Assembly: GCA_012295275.1 (NCBI GenBank)
Contig: CM022679.1
Location: 17,298,001-17,362,000 of the forward strand
From: Chrysomallon squamiferum
Taxonomy: Eukaryota; Animalia; Mollusca
Reading direction: 5' to 3'
Length of the DNA stretch: 64,000 nt
Part shown: one piece after another, positions 1 to 12,255 of the stretch
How positions within the stretch are numbered: the stretch's first letter is position 1
How the letters are laid out: each line of letters opens with the position of its first letter
Notes under the pieces: generated by a model
The model's input: only the letters and a program-made list of their open reading frames with translations
The model's database searches: none
What the model was told of the DNA's origin: nothing
Position numbers and translations under genes: made by a program

Positions 1-568
1 ATTTGTTTGACCAATTATTTGTACAATTATTGATCACTGTCCAGTGGTTCAAATAGCCTTGATAATTTGTCTCAATATTTAATACATGCAATCTGCACAT
101 TGAAGAGGAAAACAGCCTTTCTCTCACACACAAGCTAGACTTGGTGTTGTTAGGTTTATAGGATATATGACCTATTAAAATAAAACCAGAAAAATGGACA
201 TAAAAAGCGCAACTGTCTTTATTAATGGTCTTTAGAAGGAATTAATAAAATAGAGGGCTGAATAAACAGCTGCAATAATGTAGTCTTCTCTTTGTACATC
301 TTTGTATAGCAGTTATTAGAGCTCAGTTTTGTGCATGTTGTGAGACATTTTATTGATAATATTTATAAAAACTAAGTATACTGCTTTCAAATTATTTTTA
401 ATGTAAACAATAATAATAAAATTTATTGAGCATGTGAAAACTCTTCACTCTGTGTCTGAATTATTACTTTTAAAATTTATTAATGAAAAAAGAATTTGTT
501 TAAAAAATATACATAATATAAATTTAGATGGGAAATGGAAATTAAAGATTAATATTTATATATATATA

Positions 569-570
<2 letters not shown>

Positions 571-610
<40 letters not shown>
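571..610. repeat. (TG)n microsatellite
   Basis: Perfect dinucleotide run. Confidence 0.98.
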
Positions 611-612
<2 letters not shown>

Positions 613-2308
613 TTTCCCTCAATATTTTATTACTGTTTTCTATGTCATCTTGAACTTAATAACAATGACAAAAAGTATCTTACAATATTCATTAAGTAAA
701 TTAGGTAAATATATATAATATAAATACAACCTTAAAGAATAAGTGTGTACATTTTAGAAAAATAACAAGCAACTTAAAGTGACCAACTGTACTTGTAGTT
801 TTATGTACTTTGCATTTATTTTTAACTAATTTAATAAATATGTATAGATGTTTTCAAAATTGTAAAGAGAAGACTACAAAATATGGCCATTGTTTTTATC
901 TTAATAACCTGAAGGCTGCTGTGTCAGTAAATTAATTGCTGAATTGATTTTAATCTGCATATGATTTATTGATGATCCTAAGATTTAAAGCAAATCATCC
1001 AAGTGTTTACTGTAAAGTTTATCAACTGAAGACAAAGTAAACATAAAAGTAAATCTACAGAAAAATGTCATACTGATTATAAAATTTAAATTTCTCTTAT
1101 ACAGTACAAATTTTGTTACAAATAGCTTTACTTTGTTTCAAGGCATTATTCAGATGAGTAGTAAATCAATATTAAGTGTGTGTAATAATGAAAATCTCAG
1201 TAAAAACAATCCTGATGTCTTTTTTGGTCATAATAATGTTCAGGTCACTGCAATTCTAGAATTAATTTGGCATTCAGACTTGCCAACTGATATAGAATAA
1301 TAAATTACAATATATACATATGCTTTGTTTTCTTTTTGTTTTAAAACTTCTTATACTTTATTTTTTGATTTGAATTAAATACTGCTTTCAGACGGTTTAC
1401 ACTACTAGTAAATCTGTAATAACCAATAAATAAAATCAAACAGTAACTAGCATTACTAGTAAAATCAGCCTTACTGTTTCATTCATAAACATCTCTTTTT
1501 TACTTCTGAATTACTGATCACATTTATCAAGAACTTAATTTATTTTCCTTTTAACAAAAAAAAAAATTTCATACCATTGTTAAAAGAATCAAACATTTTA
1601 TCATAGGAAAACACCTATTTAATTAATAAATATCTTGATTATAATTTAATTTTAACACAGCAGCCTAAGGGTTAAGTGTAAATAAAATGAGGACAATCTC
1701 ATTAACAGACACCTCTACATGTACCTACCATACTAGATCAAAAATACTTCATGATTATGTCTTTCATCAAAGAAAGGATCACAATATTACAGTCTGCTTG
1801 TTGAGGCTTGGTCAAGTACAAGGTATAAAAACAGGAATTTTGTCAAACATAATGGCAGCATCAAGAAATGCCACAAAAAGGGAGATAATGCACATTCAGC
1901 AGTTGACCACGATACTGATAAATTTTTTGCCAGCGTGCACTCATTACGTGCGTGTTTACAAAAAGACAAACATACTATTACAGAAACTCTTGGGTCTTGT
2001 GTACCGTCTTAGTATCGGTAACAATGGCTAGGCAGCGCCATCACAACGAGCCTCACTTTCACCTCAAAATCCCGATATTCAATCCCTAGGCAAGTGGCAA
2101 TAATAAAAATCCAACTTAAAAAAAAAAAAACTTTTTTCACCGTTAAGTTTTACTTTTAACTTTTCATTTTCATTTTTTAAAATATTTTTATCCCCGCAAA
2201 TACAATACACTTAAGACAACAATTCACAAACACAGGCATTTCTTAATACTGCACAAGATAAGGAATACTTAGCACTGTGTGCTATTTAAATCACAAATAG
2301 GAAATAAT

Positions 2309-2640
2309 CATGCAGGCACCTCAATCTTTCGTCCCTCAACCACGGTGCCGTTCAATTTTTCTCGTGCTCTGTCTGCATCCACGCTATTTGCGAAAGTTAC
2401 GAAACCGAACCCCTGCATGCACGGAAAATAAGGAGCATGCATTAAAAAACGTGCAAATCAACATAAATCATATGGCATTTTTATCATCAATAATCAATCA
2501 TGCACATTTTTCATGTACATATTTATAAAAAGAATAATAATTTTTGATAATAATTTTTTTTTTTTAATTATTGAATTCAATGAATTAAGATGTGGTGACG
2601 GGATAGCATGCTTGTACTAGAAGCGACATGCCTCCATGCC
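2309..2640 (-). promoter_or_regulatory. Cluster of RBFOX binding elements (U)GCAUG around the 93-nt RRM exon
   Basis: CATGCA on + at 2309-2314, 2416-2421, 2436-2441 and 2499-2504, plus three CATGC in 2607-2640. Confidence 0.85.
2320..2412 (-). CDS. Rbfox1: Rbfox RRM exon containing RNP1 (93 nt, phase 0-0): [31 protein letters not shown]
   Basis: The minus-strand translation matches the RBFOX RRM (GFGFVTF...[14 protein letters not shown]). It is bounded by tgcatgcag| and |gtgcct. The 93-nt length equals the autoregulated RRM exon of vertebrate Rbfox genes. The next exon (VNNATARV...) is not in the window. Confidence 0.97.
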
Positions 2641-2696
2641 ACATACTATGTACTATCCATTTAAACGCCACCATTTACACATGAAACAAAATAAAA

Positions 2697-2728
<32 letters not shown>

Positions 2729-4028
2729 GAAATACAAATATGAAAAGGAGGCTGTGGTTCATTAGTCCAGGTGCTATAAAGATTTGTTAGTCTTAGTTAT
2801 TAACAGATTTACTTTTTCTGTTTTCAAATTACTTCTAAACCAAAGCTGTGAAAGTTGCTTGTGAGATAAAATGATGGGAATAATTTTAAATTTCATTCCG
2901 ACTTCTGAAATATTCACTTTTGGTAAAAATTTAATACTGTTACAAATAAATAAATAAAATATTTAATAGGCATTAAAGAATTGTTATTTCAGTATGAACT
3001 GTATTGTGTATTTTACCAATTTAAAAAACCCCACCTAAATATAATTTTGGTATACATTACACCATAAAACAAAGACTAAATTTGGAACCTTGAATCCAAA
3101 TCAAAAGGAAAAGACTGGGTAGCTAAAAGGCAATTTATAATGCCAGGAGTTAGAAAATGCCAGCAGACTACGAAAAAAAAAAGTATGAAGAAAAAAAGCA
3201 GCAACCTTGGCCTTCTGATATAGGGAGACAATTATACAACAAGAAGAAAAGAGTTTTTACTCAAAATACTAAATAGAAGTAGTACTGCTCACAAACAACT
3301 TTCCAACAAGATTGAATGCAATACATTGTGACACACACAAAATAGATCACACTTATTTATATCACAGAGAACATTACGGATAAACTAATGATAATGTAAA
3401 CTGCTTGAGATAGCACCTTGTAAACTAGTTTAATGCTAAATTATTGTTGTTCTAGAACAAATCATTGTTTTTTTTAGTAAAATTTCTCACCACATGATAT
3501 ACATACTTTAATATTATAAGGTGATAATTCTGAGCGTAAAGTGAATACATTTTTTTTTTAATCTTTTTAATCATTTCAATCTTTATATGTATTTGTTTTA
3601 AAAAAAAAAATTTAATGTTTGCCAGCTTTTTTGAAGTGCAGACTGTTATTACTTTTGTTATTATTAAATAAATTTCGTAATGTAATAAATTCTTAGTCTG
3701 GACAGTGGTTATACATTCTGATTATAGAACTACTAGCAAAATAAGCATGCACTATAAATTGGTTTTCTATATGAAAAGAAAAAAAAAATTACTGTAAGAA
3801 AGAAATAACACTGAGAAATATAAACAAACAAAACAATATAAAAAAAAAAGCAAATAAAAAAAAGCACTTATTTTAAAGATTTTTGTGTTGATCATCATTA
3901 ATCAACAATCCAGTTAAATATCTGGACACAAACTGCATCCACAAAGCCCAGATTAAAACATAACTGCATATATTGTAAACAATGCAAAGAATGATTAACA
4001 AGTTATTTTATTTACACAAATCACATAC

Positions 4029-4069
4029 CAGAAAATTATTGGTTATGACAAACTGCAATAGTATTGTAC
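4029..4069 (-). other. Candidate 41-nt poison (PTC) cassette exon between RRM exons
   Basis: gctgatacgtttttatag|GTA CAA TAC TAT TGC AGT TTG TCA TAA ...CTG|gtatgt. It is flanked by UGCAUG at 3746, 4160 and 4225, and has retained CpGs upstream. Confidence 0.5.
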
Positions 4070-5040
4070 CTATAAAAACGTATCAGCGGCCAATGCATTC
4101 ACACAAAAGACATTCCATACTTTTTAATATATGTTTTTTTTTTTTTAAACTTCAATAAACATGCATGTTTTTCCCCACATTAAATAATGAAGATCATTTA
4201 ATGATTTGCTATGAAGCTTTTCAACATGCAAGCAATTATAACAATAAGGGGGGACATACTTTAAAAATAATTCTAAAATCTTGGTCAACCACTATCCAGA
4301 CTAATTTTATTTAATTATATGTATAACATTTATTTATTTATAAATTTATATTTTAAGAAAATCTTAATACTTCAATATTAAATTGAAAATAACTTGACTG
4401 AAAACCATTAACTATTGTTTAAATAGTTTATCACCCAAGGTATTTGCTGATAGATGTAATTAAAATACAAAACTAATGTGAAACTAGTTTAAATACAATG
4501 CAAAATAGGGGTTCAGTTAACAGAGGTCATAAAAAACATAAAAAGGTACTTGAAATAGGTAAAGATATTGTTTGAAATGAACCACATTTACTGGAGGTAA
4601 AATTACAATTTGTAGACTTTTTTATCCATTAGATTTTATTCATTTCATTTCTTATTTAATGATTTTGAATTTTGTATTTAGTTTCAGTAACAATTTTGAT
4701 TACAATTTATTGAAGAGCATTATGCAAGCATTCATTGAAAGAAATAAATCATTCAAAGTGCGATATTAATGATCATGGCAGGGTTAGTTTTGACTTTAAA
4801 AATTCAGTAAAATAGTGATTAATCTGGCCAGATACAAAATAACCATGTTTCAGTGATCTTTTCAAAATAAATAAATAAATAATATATACTATGAAATAAT
4901 ATGTCTATACTATGAAAATATACCATGTGAATGATTTACATAATTTTATTTTTCAAAACCATGAATACCATCTATTTAAGTTAGTTTAGTCTGCAGTTGA
5001 ATAAATTATACTGTGCAAATTCAGTATTGATTATAAATCA

Positions 5041-6448
5041 AAATCAAAATTGTTAAACAGAATATGCATTTGGCCAGACGGTAAAATAAGTATATAAAAT
5101 ATAAAACAAATTAAAATTATATACATGCATTTTTTAAATGGTGTATTTCTTTAAAAAAAAAAAAAATAAATAAATAAACAAAAACAAAGGTGCTATGTTT
5201 CTCAAGCAGTTTTTGTTTAATGGGAAATAATAAATAAGCAAATATAAAAATAATTTGTTTCATTATCAATGCCTTGCAACTCTGTAATGACAACCACAGC
5301 ATTTTAAACATTTAAATCGAAATATTGGAAGTAATTTTTTTAATAAAAATTTCAAAATCCAAATTAAAAATCTAATAGAATTTTGAAAACAGAATACATT
5401 CATGTGTTGTTTGGAGCAGATTATTTCAGTACAAAGTTGCCAATATAAAATAATTATAATATTAATTTTTATTACATAAAATACAATTATAATTCTGACT
5501 AACTTTTCTGTCAGAAACATATTTTAAAAAAGTTAAATATTCTGTTTGTAACAGTTAAAACAATGGTAACTGAGAGTGCAACTTTTTGTGACAGTTGTTA
5601 AAATAATATTTGCTATGAAATGTGAATCTCTTCTTAAAAATGTGTCATTTTAAAAGTATTAAGAAGAATTTTAGAATCACCAGTCATTTTTTAAATATAT
5701 TAATGACAGAACAGTTACTGAAAATAAATATTTTAGATGACATTATTACAGATAAAACAGGCATTTGAAAAAAATATATTTCTCCAATTTTATATGTATA
5801 AATTTTTTTTTTTCTGTCAGTAAGTTTCAGCAGGCAATTAAATAGGTGTTATATCTGTAGAATAATTACAACAAGCTGTTGCAGACTTGCACTACAGTGC
5901 AGCAGATGGTGTTCACCTGATTCACTCGGCATTTCATACCAGCATATATAATATATATTGATTACATTAATCACACTTTTAGGCCACTGGCGTAAAACCT
6001 AATACAAATGTCTGTTTGAATGTTTCAGTGTTTCTTTTTCTTTCATCAGTATCTATTATTACTAGGGTGTAAGTATTGATTTATAGGAAGAAGTACTAGA
6101 ACATTTAGTTCCTCAGTAATAACAGTGTTTTCTATATTTTCAACTAGGCAAAAAGGCTGAAGAAAACCATGTATATTTCTTTATTTAAATATACTTATTA
6201 ATTGCAAATGCCTGTTTTAACAAAATTACAATTAGACTAAAAGGATTTTATCTTTACCCTAAAATATTCATAATTCATTTTTAAATACAATTTAGATGCA
6301 TAAGCTTTCAATTAAACAAATTGCATGAACAAAATACACTTTCTGTAAGAAAGGAAAACTTTTGTTTTTACAGTAATGATTCCAAAATGATTTATGTAAA
6401 TCAAAATTGTTAAACAGAATATGCATTTGGCCAGATGGTAAAATAAGT
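5041..6448 (+). repeat. 51-bp dispersed direct repeat (5041-5091 and 6398-6448)
   Basis: aaatcaaaattgttaaacagaatatgcatttggccagaYggtaaaataagt, with a single C/T difference at a CpG. Confidence 0.95.
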
Positions 6449-7607
6449 TTTTCATTCTATATTTAAGATTGCTGTTAACTGATATATATATATATTAAGA
6501 AATGAATTTTTAAACATGGGAAAAGCTTATACATCTTTAAAAAATTTAAATAATATAAATTAAGTTTTATATGCTGAGGAGATTTCATGTGCTATTTGCA
6601 AAACTATATTAAAATAAAATGTATTTTCTTCTTTCGGTTTGTTTTAAAGTAGTTGTAAGAAAGTTGTGTTAGCAACTGTATGGAATATATGTTGTTTGGG
6701 AGAAATAAATGTGTAATCTACTTTAAAAAATGAATGTGTGCATGTCTCTAATTTCAAAAAGTATTTAATTACTCCAGATTGTTTCAATGAACAATTTACT
6801 TTTAAAATGCTGTTTTATGTAGAGGAAATGTAAAAGCCATACTGCAGTATTTATAAAGCCAAACAGAATGGCTGGAGTCTATATATCCTCTGTGAAAGGA
6901 ACAATTGTGAAGCAGAAGTGTAAACTGCTGCCCACATGGATCAATACTTCCTGACAGCTCATAGAGAAAAATGTTCCCATTGGCAAATTGTGCACAGCAG
7001 AGAAAATATGCTGGATAACAACTCAACTAATTAGATGTAGCATTATTAGCTTGTACAGCCATGAAAAACTTGTACATTATTTACAGTGATCAATTCTTAA
7101 AAATTTACTTTTTAAGATTATCATTAGAAAGAGCAAAAAATAATATCCTTTGAAAAATCAGCTAATTGAAGATGTTCTTATAATTAAGCTCTTCAGCTGC
7201 TGAGGAAAAGGCTTTTCTGAGAGAAATATAATTATCAAGCAGAGAAAATAGCAATGGATTCTACTTATTATGATCATTTGTTCAGTGGGCTGGCCTGTAG
7301 TGTGTACATTGTTGTCAGAGATCATCACCACACACAAAAGAAGTACCATGTAATTAAGGTAGTCTTCACCACAGATATTGCAAAGAAAATGCATGACACT
7401 GCAGTGGCTTATTACTGCTTTTTATTAAATATAACTTCAATGACAAAGAACATTGTAATAACAGGCAGAGAAATGCCATTCAGATTTCTTGAAAAAAATC
7501 AAGATGTTATTTGTCAAGTAAAACCAGTATATATATTTTAGTGTCATCACAAATAAACATTTAAAAACTTTAAAGGGGAAAAATTTATAAACAAAAACAA
7601 ATCCCTC

Positions 7608-7656
<49 letters not shown>

Positions 7657-7770
7657 AAACTGATAAAATATTAATAATAACAATAACAAAAATAATGAAA
7701 GAAAAAAATGTTTATGATGAAATCTCCTCAGCATAATTAATTTATTTTAATATTAAGTAACAGAACTTAC

Positions 7771-7821
7771 CTTTGAGCCCCGTTCATTAAATATAATTTC
7801 TACATCAAGAATAGGACCAAA
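7771..7821 (-). CDS. Rbfox1: Rbfox RRM exon (51 nt, phase 0-0): FGPILDVEIIFNERGSK
   Basis: Encodes the RBFOX signature ILDVEIIFNERGSK. Acceptor is tctctctctag| and donor is AAG|gtaagt. Confidence 0.97.
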
Positions 7822-8216
7822 CTAGAGAGAGAGAAAAAAAGTATATATATATATATATTATTTGAAATGGCTATCATATATTGCTAATGCAAATGATTTA
7901 CAAATTTAAACTTAAAATTAAAGGTAAAATGTATATCCTTTATTGTGGTTATCAGTAAGATAGCTTTCATATAAATGAAGACAACACTGAAAGTTTACTA
8001 AGAATTGTCCAGATATGCCTTTTAAAGAAAAGTCAATATATTGGAGGATTAATGAGGAAGAAATTATTTTTCAAAGCTGTCTGACAGTCACCAACAAAGA
8101 CAAGTACCAACACAGATGAACAATTATGAGAACAGGAAATAAAACTTTGAAAGACATAAGTAATGATTTGTACATATCTCATTACCTCTATGAAGGAGTT
8201 TGTAGTTTCCACTCAC

Positions 8217-8219
8217 CTG
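8217..8219 (-). CDS. Candidate 3-nt microexon (CAG, Gln) within the RRM
   Basis: ggtag|CAG|gtgagt, in the intron where the canonical Gln of ...MFGQFG... is otherwise missing. The local pyrimidine tract is weak. Confidence 0.4.
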
Positions 8220-8429
8220 CTACCTATTGAGCTTCATCAGTCAGTATGCAACAATTAATTACATTAAGAGGTAAGTAAGGCTTAACTATTGTTTGTTTTA
8301 CTTAGTATATATAAATCACATGTTCATTTTGAAGTCTGATAGTTTAAAAAAAATTGAATATAATCTAGATACACAATTAAGTAACAAAGAACAAATGGTA
8401 AAAAAAATAAAAAAGTAAAGCTTTCTTAC

Positions 8430-8573
8430 TGCTAAAAGTTGTCTTAAATCTGCTTCTCTGAATCTGAAAGGGATATTTGAAACATGTAATCTCTTTGGTC
8501 CTGTGTTTGTCTGAGATGATGTGGGTGTGGATGATGACTGCTGATTTTCTCCTTCTGCAGGCAGATCTGTTTG
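8430..8573 (-). CDS. Rbfox1: Rbfox exon containing RNP2 (144 nt, phase 0-0): QTDLPAEGENQQSSSTPTSSQTNTGPKRLHVSNIPFRFREADLRQLLA
   Basis: Contains the RBFOX signature PKRLHVSNIPFRFR. Acceptor is ttttatctttaacag| and donor is GCA|gtaaga. Confidence 0.96.
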
Positions 8574-9176
8574 CTGTTAAAGATAAAAACAGAACAACAT
8601 TAACTAATTACGTCAAATTAAAAACATGATTTACACAACAGATTTGAATTAAGTAACATAGTAATTCAAAATAATTTAATTACAGAATGTACTGATTACA
8701 AATTATATGATAATTACAGCATTATTTATTTTACCATAGTATCCAAAAATATATATGCAGATGTGAAACAATTTAGACAAAATGCATTTAGCACATGCAA
8801 TATATGTATCATTACTTTTTAACAATAAATTGTAGTATTTCACTGCAAGTTTAAAATTAATTCACATGCAACATAAAATAATTTTTATAAACAGAAAAAA
8901 AAAAAAAAAAAAAAAAAAAAAGAAATATGAAACAGTTTAAACAAAAGAATACATTTTAAAGAGAATCAGTCACAGATGTTCATGTTAATTTGTAGTTTCA
9001 GGTACATATTTATCATAGTATAACACCTACCAAGTTATTATAAATGCAATTTTATTTAAATGAAATCCACATTTTTACCTTAATATGTTTCTGTAAGAAA
9101 ACAGGTCTTCATGCCATTTTCATATCAATTAAACATGAACATTATTTTCTATTTTTGAATGATTCTCTTTAATATA

Positions 9177-9178
<2 letters not shown>

Positions 9179-9243
<65 letters not shown>
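9179..9243. repeat. (AAT)n microsatellite
   Basis: Trinucleotide run; it is the source of the poly-Leu pseudo-ORF. Confidence 0.97.
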
Positions 9244-11674
9244 TAACAACAACATCAATAAAAGTAATAACAACAACAACAACAATAAAACAAATCAAAA
9301 TAAAAAGAAAGAACGAGTAACTAAAATAGTAAACATGCACACATTTCACTTTTCACTACAGATTCACAAACCACACAAGCCATGAAGGTTATATTTAACA
9401 TTTCACACATATTTTATAAAATTTTAATATTTAATATGTCATGATTTATAAAAAAAAAAAAATAAGTGAATATTTAGTTATAATGTTATAAAACCAAGTT
9501 AAATTTTCTGAGTAGGAATCCTCTAACATCCACTGAAACACGTAATGAATAACTCAAGTATGGATTATAAAAAGTATTTCTTTAACTCATGTAACAGGAT
9601 TACTATTAGCTGTAAAAATGAAATAATCACCCATTTGTCAAATAAATTAAACAACATATATACCTGTCACATAAACTAAACCAATTATTTTACATCAGCA
9701 TGTAAACAGGGATATATTATACAACAAAATGAAACAGCTGTGTCTGTGAAATTATTGCTGGATTCAAATCAATAATGTGTTAACAGCTTTTCCTGTGCTT
9801 TTTCCAAAGTAAATGATATAAAATACTTTTTGTGACAAATTATGAATGTATTGCATGTATTTTTAAAACTATTTTCCATTGACTATTTTATTTTTGAAAA
9901 CATTCAAAAAATGCATTGCATAGCCACAGTAATGCTTTATCTCTATGATAATTGTGAACTGGTGTATGTAATCACTCATGTTATGGCCTCTTGTGGCTTC
10001 CTTCAGAGTCAGTGTAAGTAATCGATTATAATAATTAGAAATAGATAAATGTAAATAGTAGACAGAATAAAAGACGTGTTCTAATAGCAGGCTGATCTGC
10101 TACTGCCAGAACATACCATCTATTAGCATTTACATTTGAAACATGACTGATAACTGTAAGAATTTCCTCTTTCCTAGAAATAATAAACAAAATTCATAAA
10201 CTAATGTGAAATGTGTTGTCATGTTGATATGTGTTAATTAAAAATGTATCAAAAATTAATTTAAAATATTAAATAAATATTAAATAATTTACATCAGAAC
10301 TAAGGAGAAGAATTTACGTTTTTAATTTAAATAATTTTTAATGTCCTAAACCTCAATTAATCCTAATTTGTTCTAATTAGTGTTATGGTATTGTCTTAAG
10401 CAATTAATTTATTTTTAATTTTTTTTTTTTTCAAAATAAAGGAAAAAAGGATGTTTGGATATCAAAGAATTAAAAAAAATTTGGTTTATTTACTGCTACA
10501 CACGCTTTCTATTAAATTTAATTTAAGCAAAGATCACTAATGACAAAAAACATTCTATCTATTTAGAACAGCAAATATGTAGAGTAAGTATGGTTTCACT
10601 GTGATGTTTTTGACTAAACAAGATCAAGAACATCTAATAAAGATTAAATGAGAAATATGCACTAATGGACGAAGCATTTACAGTATAACAAATGTAACCA
10701 TACTGGAATGCACGATTAAGAAACTACAGGTTGTTTTCAATTTCTTTTTTTCTTTTCTTTTTAGCTTCTTTCTTATAAAGGTGCAACATTTTAACAAAAA
10801 TTGTGAATTATATCAGAAATTAGATTAAAAAAAGAAGTTTTATATGTGTATGTTTATGTTTGTGCATATACACATATTTCCTACCACTGAAATAATTACA
10901 AAAATAATTTTACAAATTCAATGTTTCCTGTACCTGTTTTCCAAGCTTTAAGGAAGCAGGAAATGAAGTGATGAATACATGATATTGTGGCCAACTATTT
11001 AGTAGATTCCAGTTAAAGATCAGAAAGTTAAATTTTGATCTCTAACTAACCTGTCCATCAGAAGTGTTCATGTAGCAGAGATCAGAACCAGATGTGGCCA
11101 CATTTGTGTCAAAAGTTCAATTTTCTTTCTTTTTGCCGTATTACAAAATTCTTGCTAGCAAGACATACTTATGAAAATATATAAAAATATATAATAAAAG
11201 TTTTTTTCAATATTTCTCATAATAGCGTTAATGTATATAAATTACATTACTATTTTAAATACTATTTTATTTCTGCATTTAATTTTTGAGATTATTAGAA
11301 AATGTTGGTAGCTACTACATTTTTTATTTTAGAATTTGTATGTTTAAGTCTAGGTGCTAAAATACCTCAGAATGCTACACTGGAATACTGGTGACTTTTA
11401 GGTGAAATTTAGTTTGTAAGTAAAGGGAAAAAAATAAAAAAACAAAAAGTATATAAAAACCTATGGTTTAAAGAGGAAAAAAGAGTTACTGGAAAGTACA
11501 GTCTAACATAAATGCAGCCTAAAAACCAAACCTGTCAGTCAACCAATCAAACCTGTCAGTGTAATCAACCAACACCCAACGATGGAATCAGCGAAACCAG
11601 CACAAAGTGAAAAACCACACCCACGCACATGCAACAATTATGATTCAACGTACATTCAATGGCCGTCCCCTTAC

Positions 11675-11893
11675 CGTCTGCTGCTCAATGGCACCATTGG
11701 TTGTAACAGCAGCAGGCATTGTGTAGGCTGGTGTCTGTGGCTCACCAGGAGCAGCAATGGTTGCTGCCTGACTAACCACCTGATGGTGATACTCTTCCAA
11801 CCCTGTCATGCCTGGAACACCCGTTACTCCTCCCGGAACACCTGCTGCCTGAGTGTATGTGTATGTGGGAGTCATCTGATTCTGCACCATGTG
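11675..11893 (-). CDS. Rbfox1: Rbfox shared N-terminal exon (219 nt, phase 0-0): HMVQNQMTPTYTYTQAAGVPGG...TTNGAIEQQT
   Basis: Lies within ORF 11645..12001(-). Acceptor is tgtattttacag| and donor is ACG|gtaagg, in frame with the next exon. The Q/P/A/T/Y-rich sequence starts HMVQ, which I recall also occurs near the Drosophila Rbfox1 N-terminus. It has its own Met at codon 2. Confidence 0.9.
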
Positions 11894-12249
11894 CTGTAAA
11901 ATACAAACAGTGTTGTTAAACAACTTACTGTAATTTACAAAAGAAAAAAGAAAAAAAAGAATAGAAGGTATTTCACTTAACACACTTAAAACTGTAGCCA
12001 AGAAATTGTTTTAATCCAAGAACAAAAACAACACAACCAAAAGATGAAATAATTTAACACTAAATCTATCTGGAAAAAAAAATCCATGAAAACAAACAAA
12101 ACCCTTCATATTCTAAACAAATTCTAAAATACAAGAGGTCTAATTGAATAAAACATTTAATATATAAAAGATATAAATATCTTAGAAAACAAATCCATAC
12201 AGCATCATAAATAAAACGTGATGTGCATCAGAAAAAAGGACTAGCTTAC

Positions 12250-12255
12250 CCACAT
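12250..12255 (-). CDS. Rbfox1: Candidate proximal first exon contributing MW (phase 0)
   Basis: cctgATGTGG|gtaagc, about 350 nt upstream of the shared exon, in a small GC-richer patch. Confidence 0.4.

Noticed and set aside
1-2319. Next Rbfox exon (VNNATARV...)
   Set aside because: Not found on the minus strand by eye; presumed to lie beyond the left edge.
5895-5920. CTCF-like gcagcagatggtgt (similar motifs near 14591 and 17561)
   Set aside because: Short degenerate matches that cannot be distinguished from chance.
11582-11899. 105-aa + strand ORF
   Set aside because: Antisense shadow of the real minus-strand Rbfox exon.
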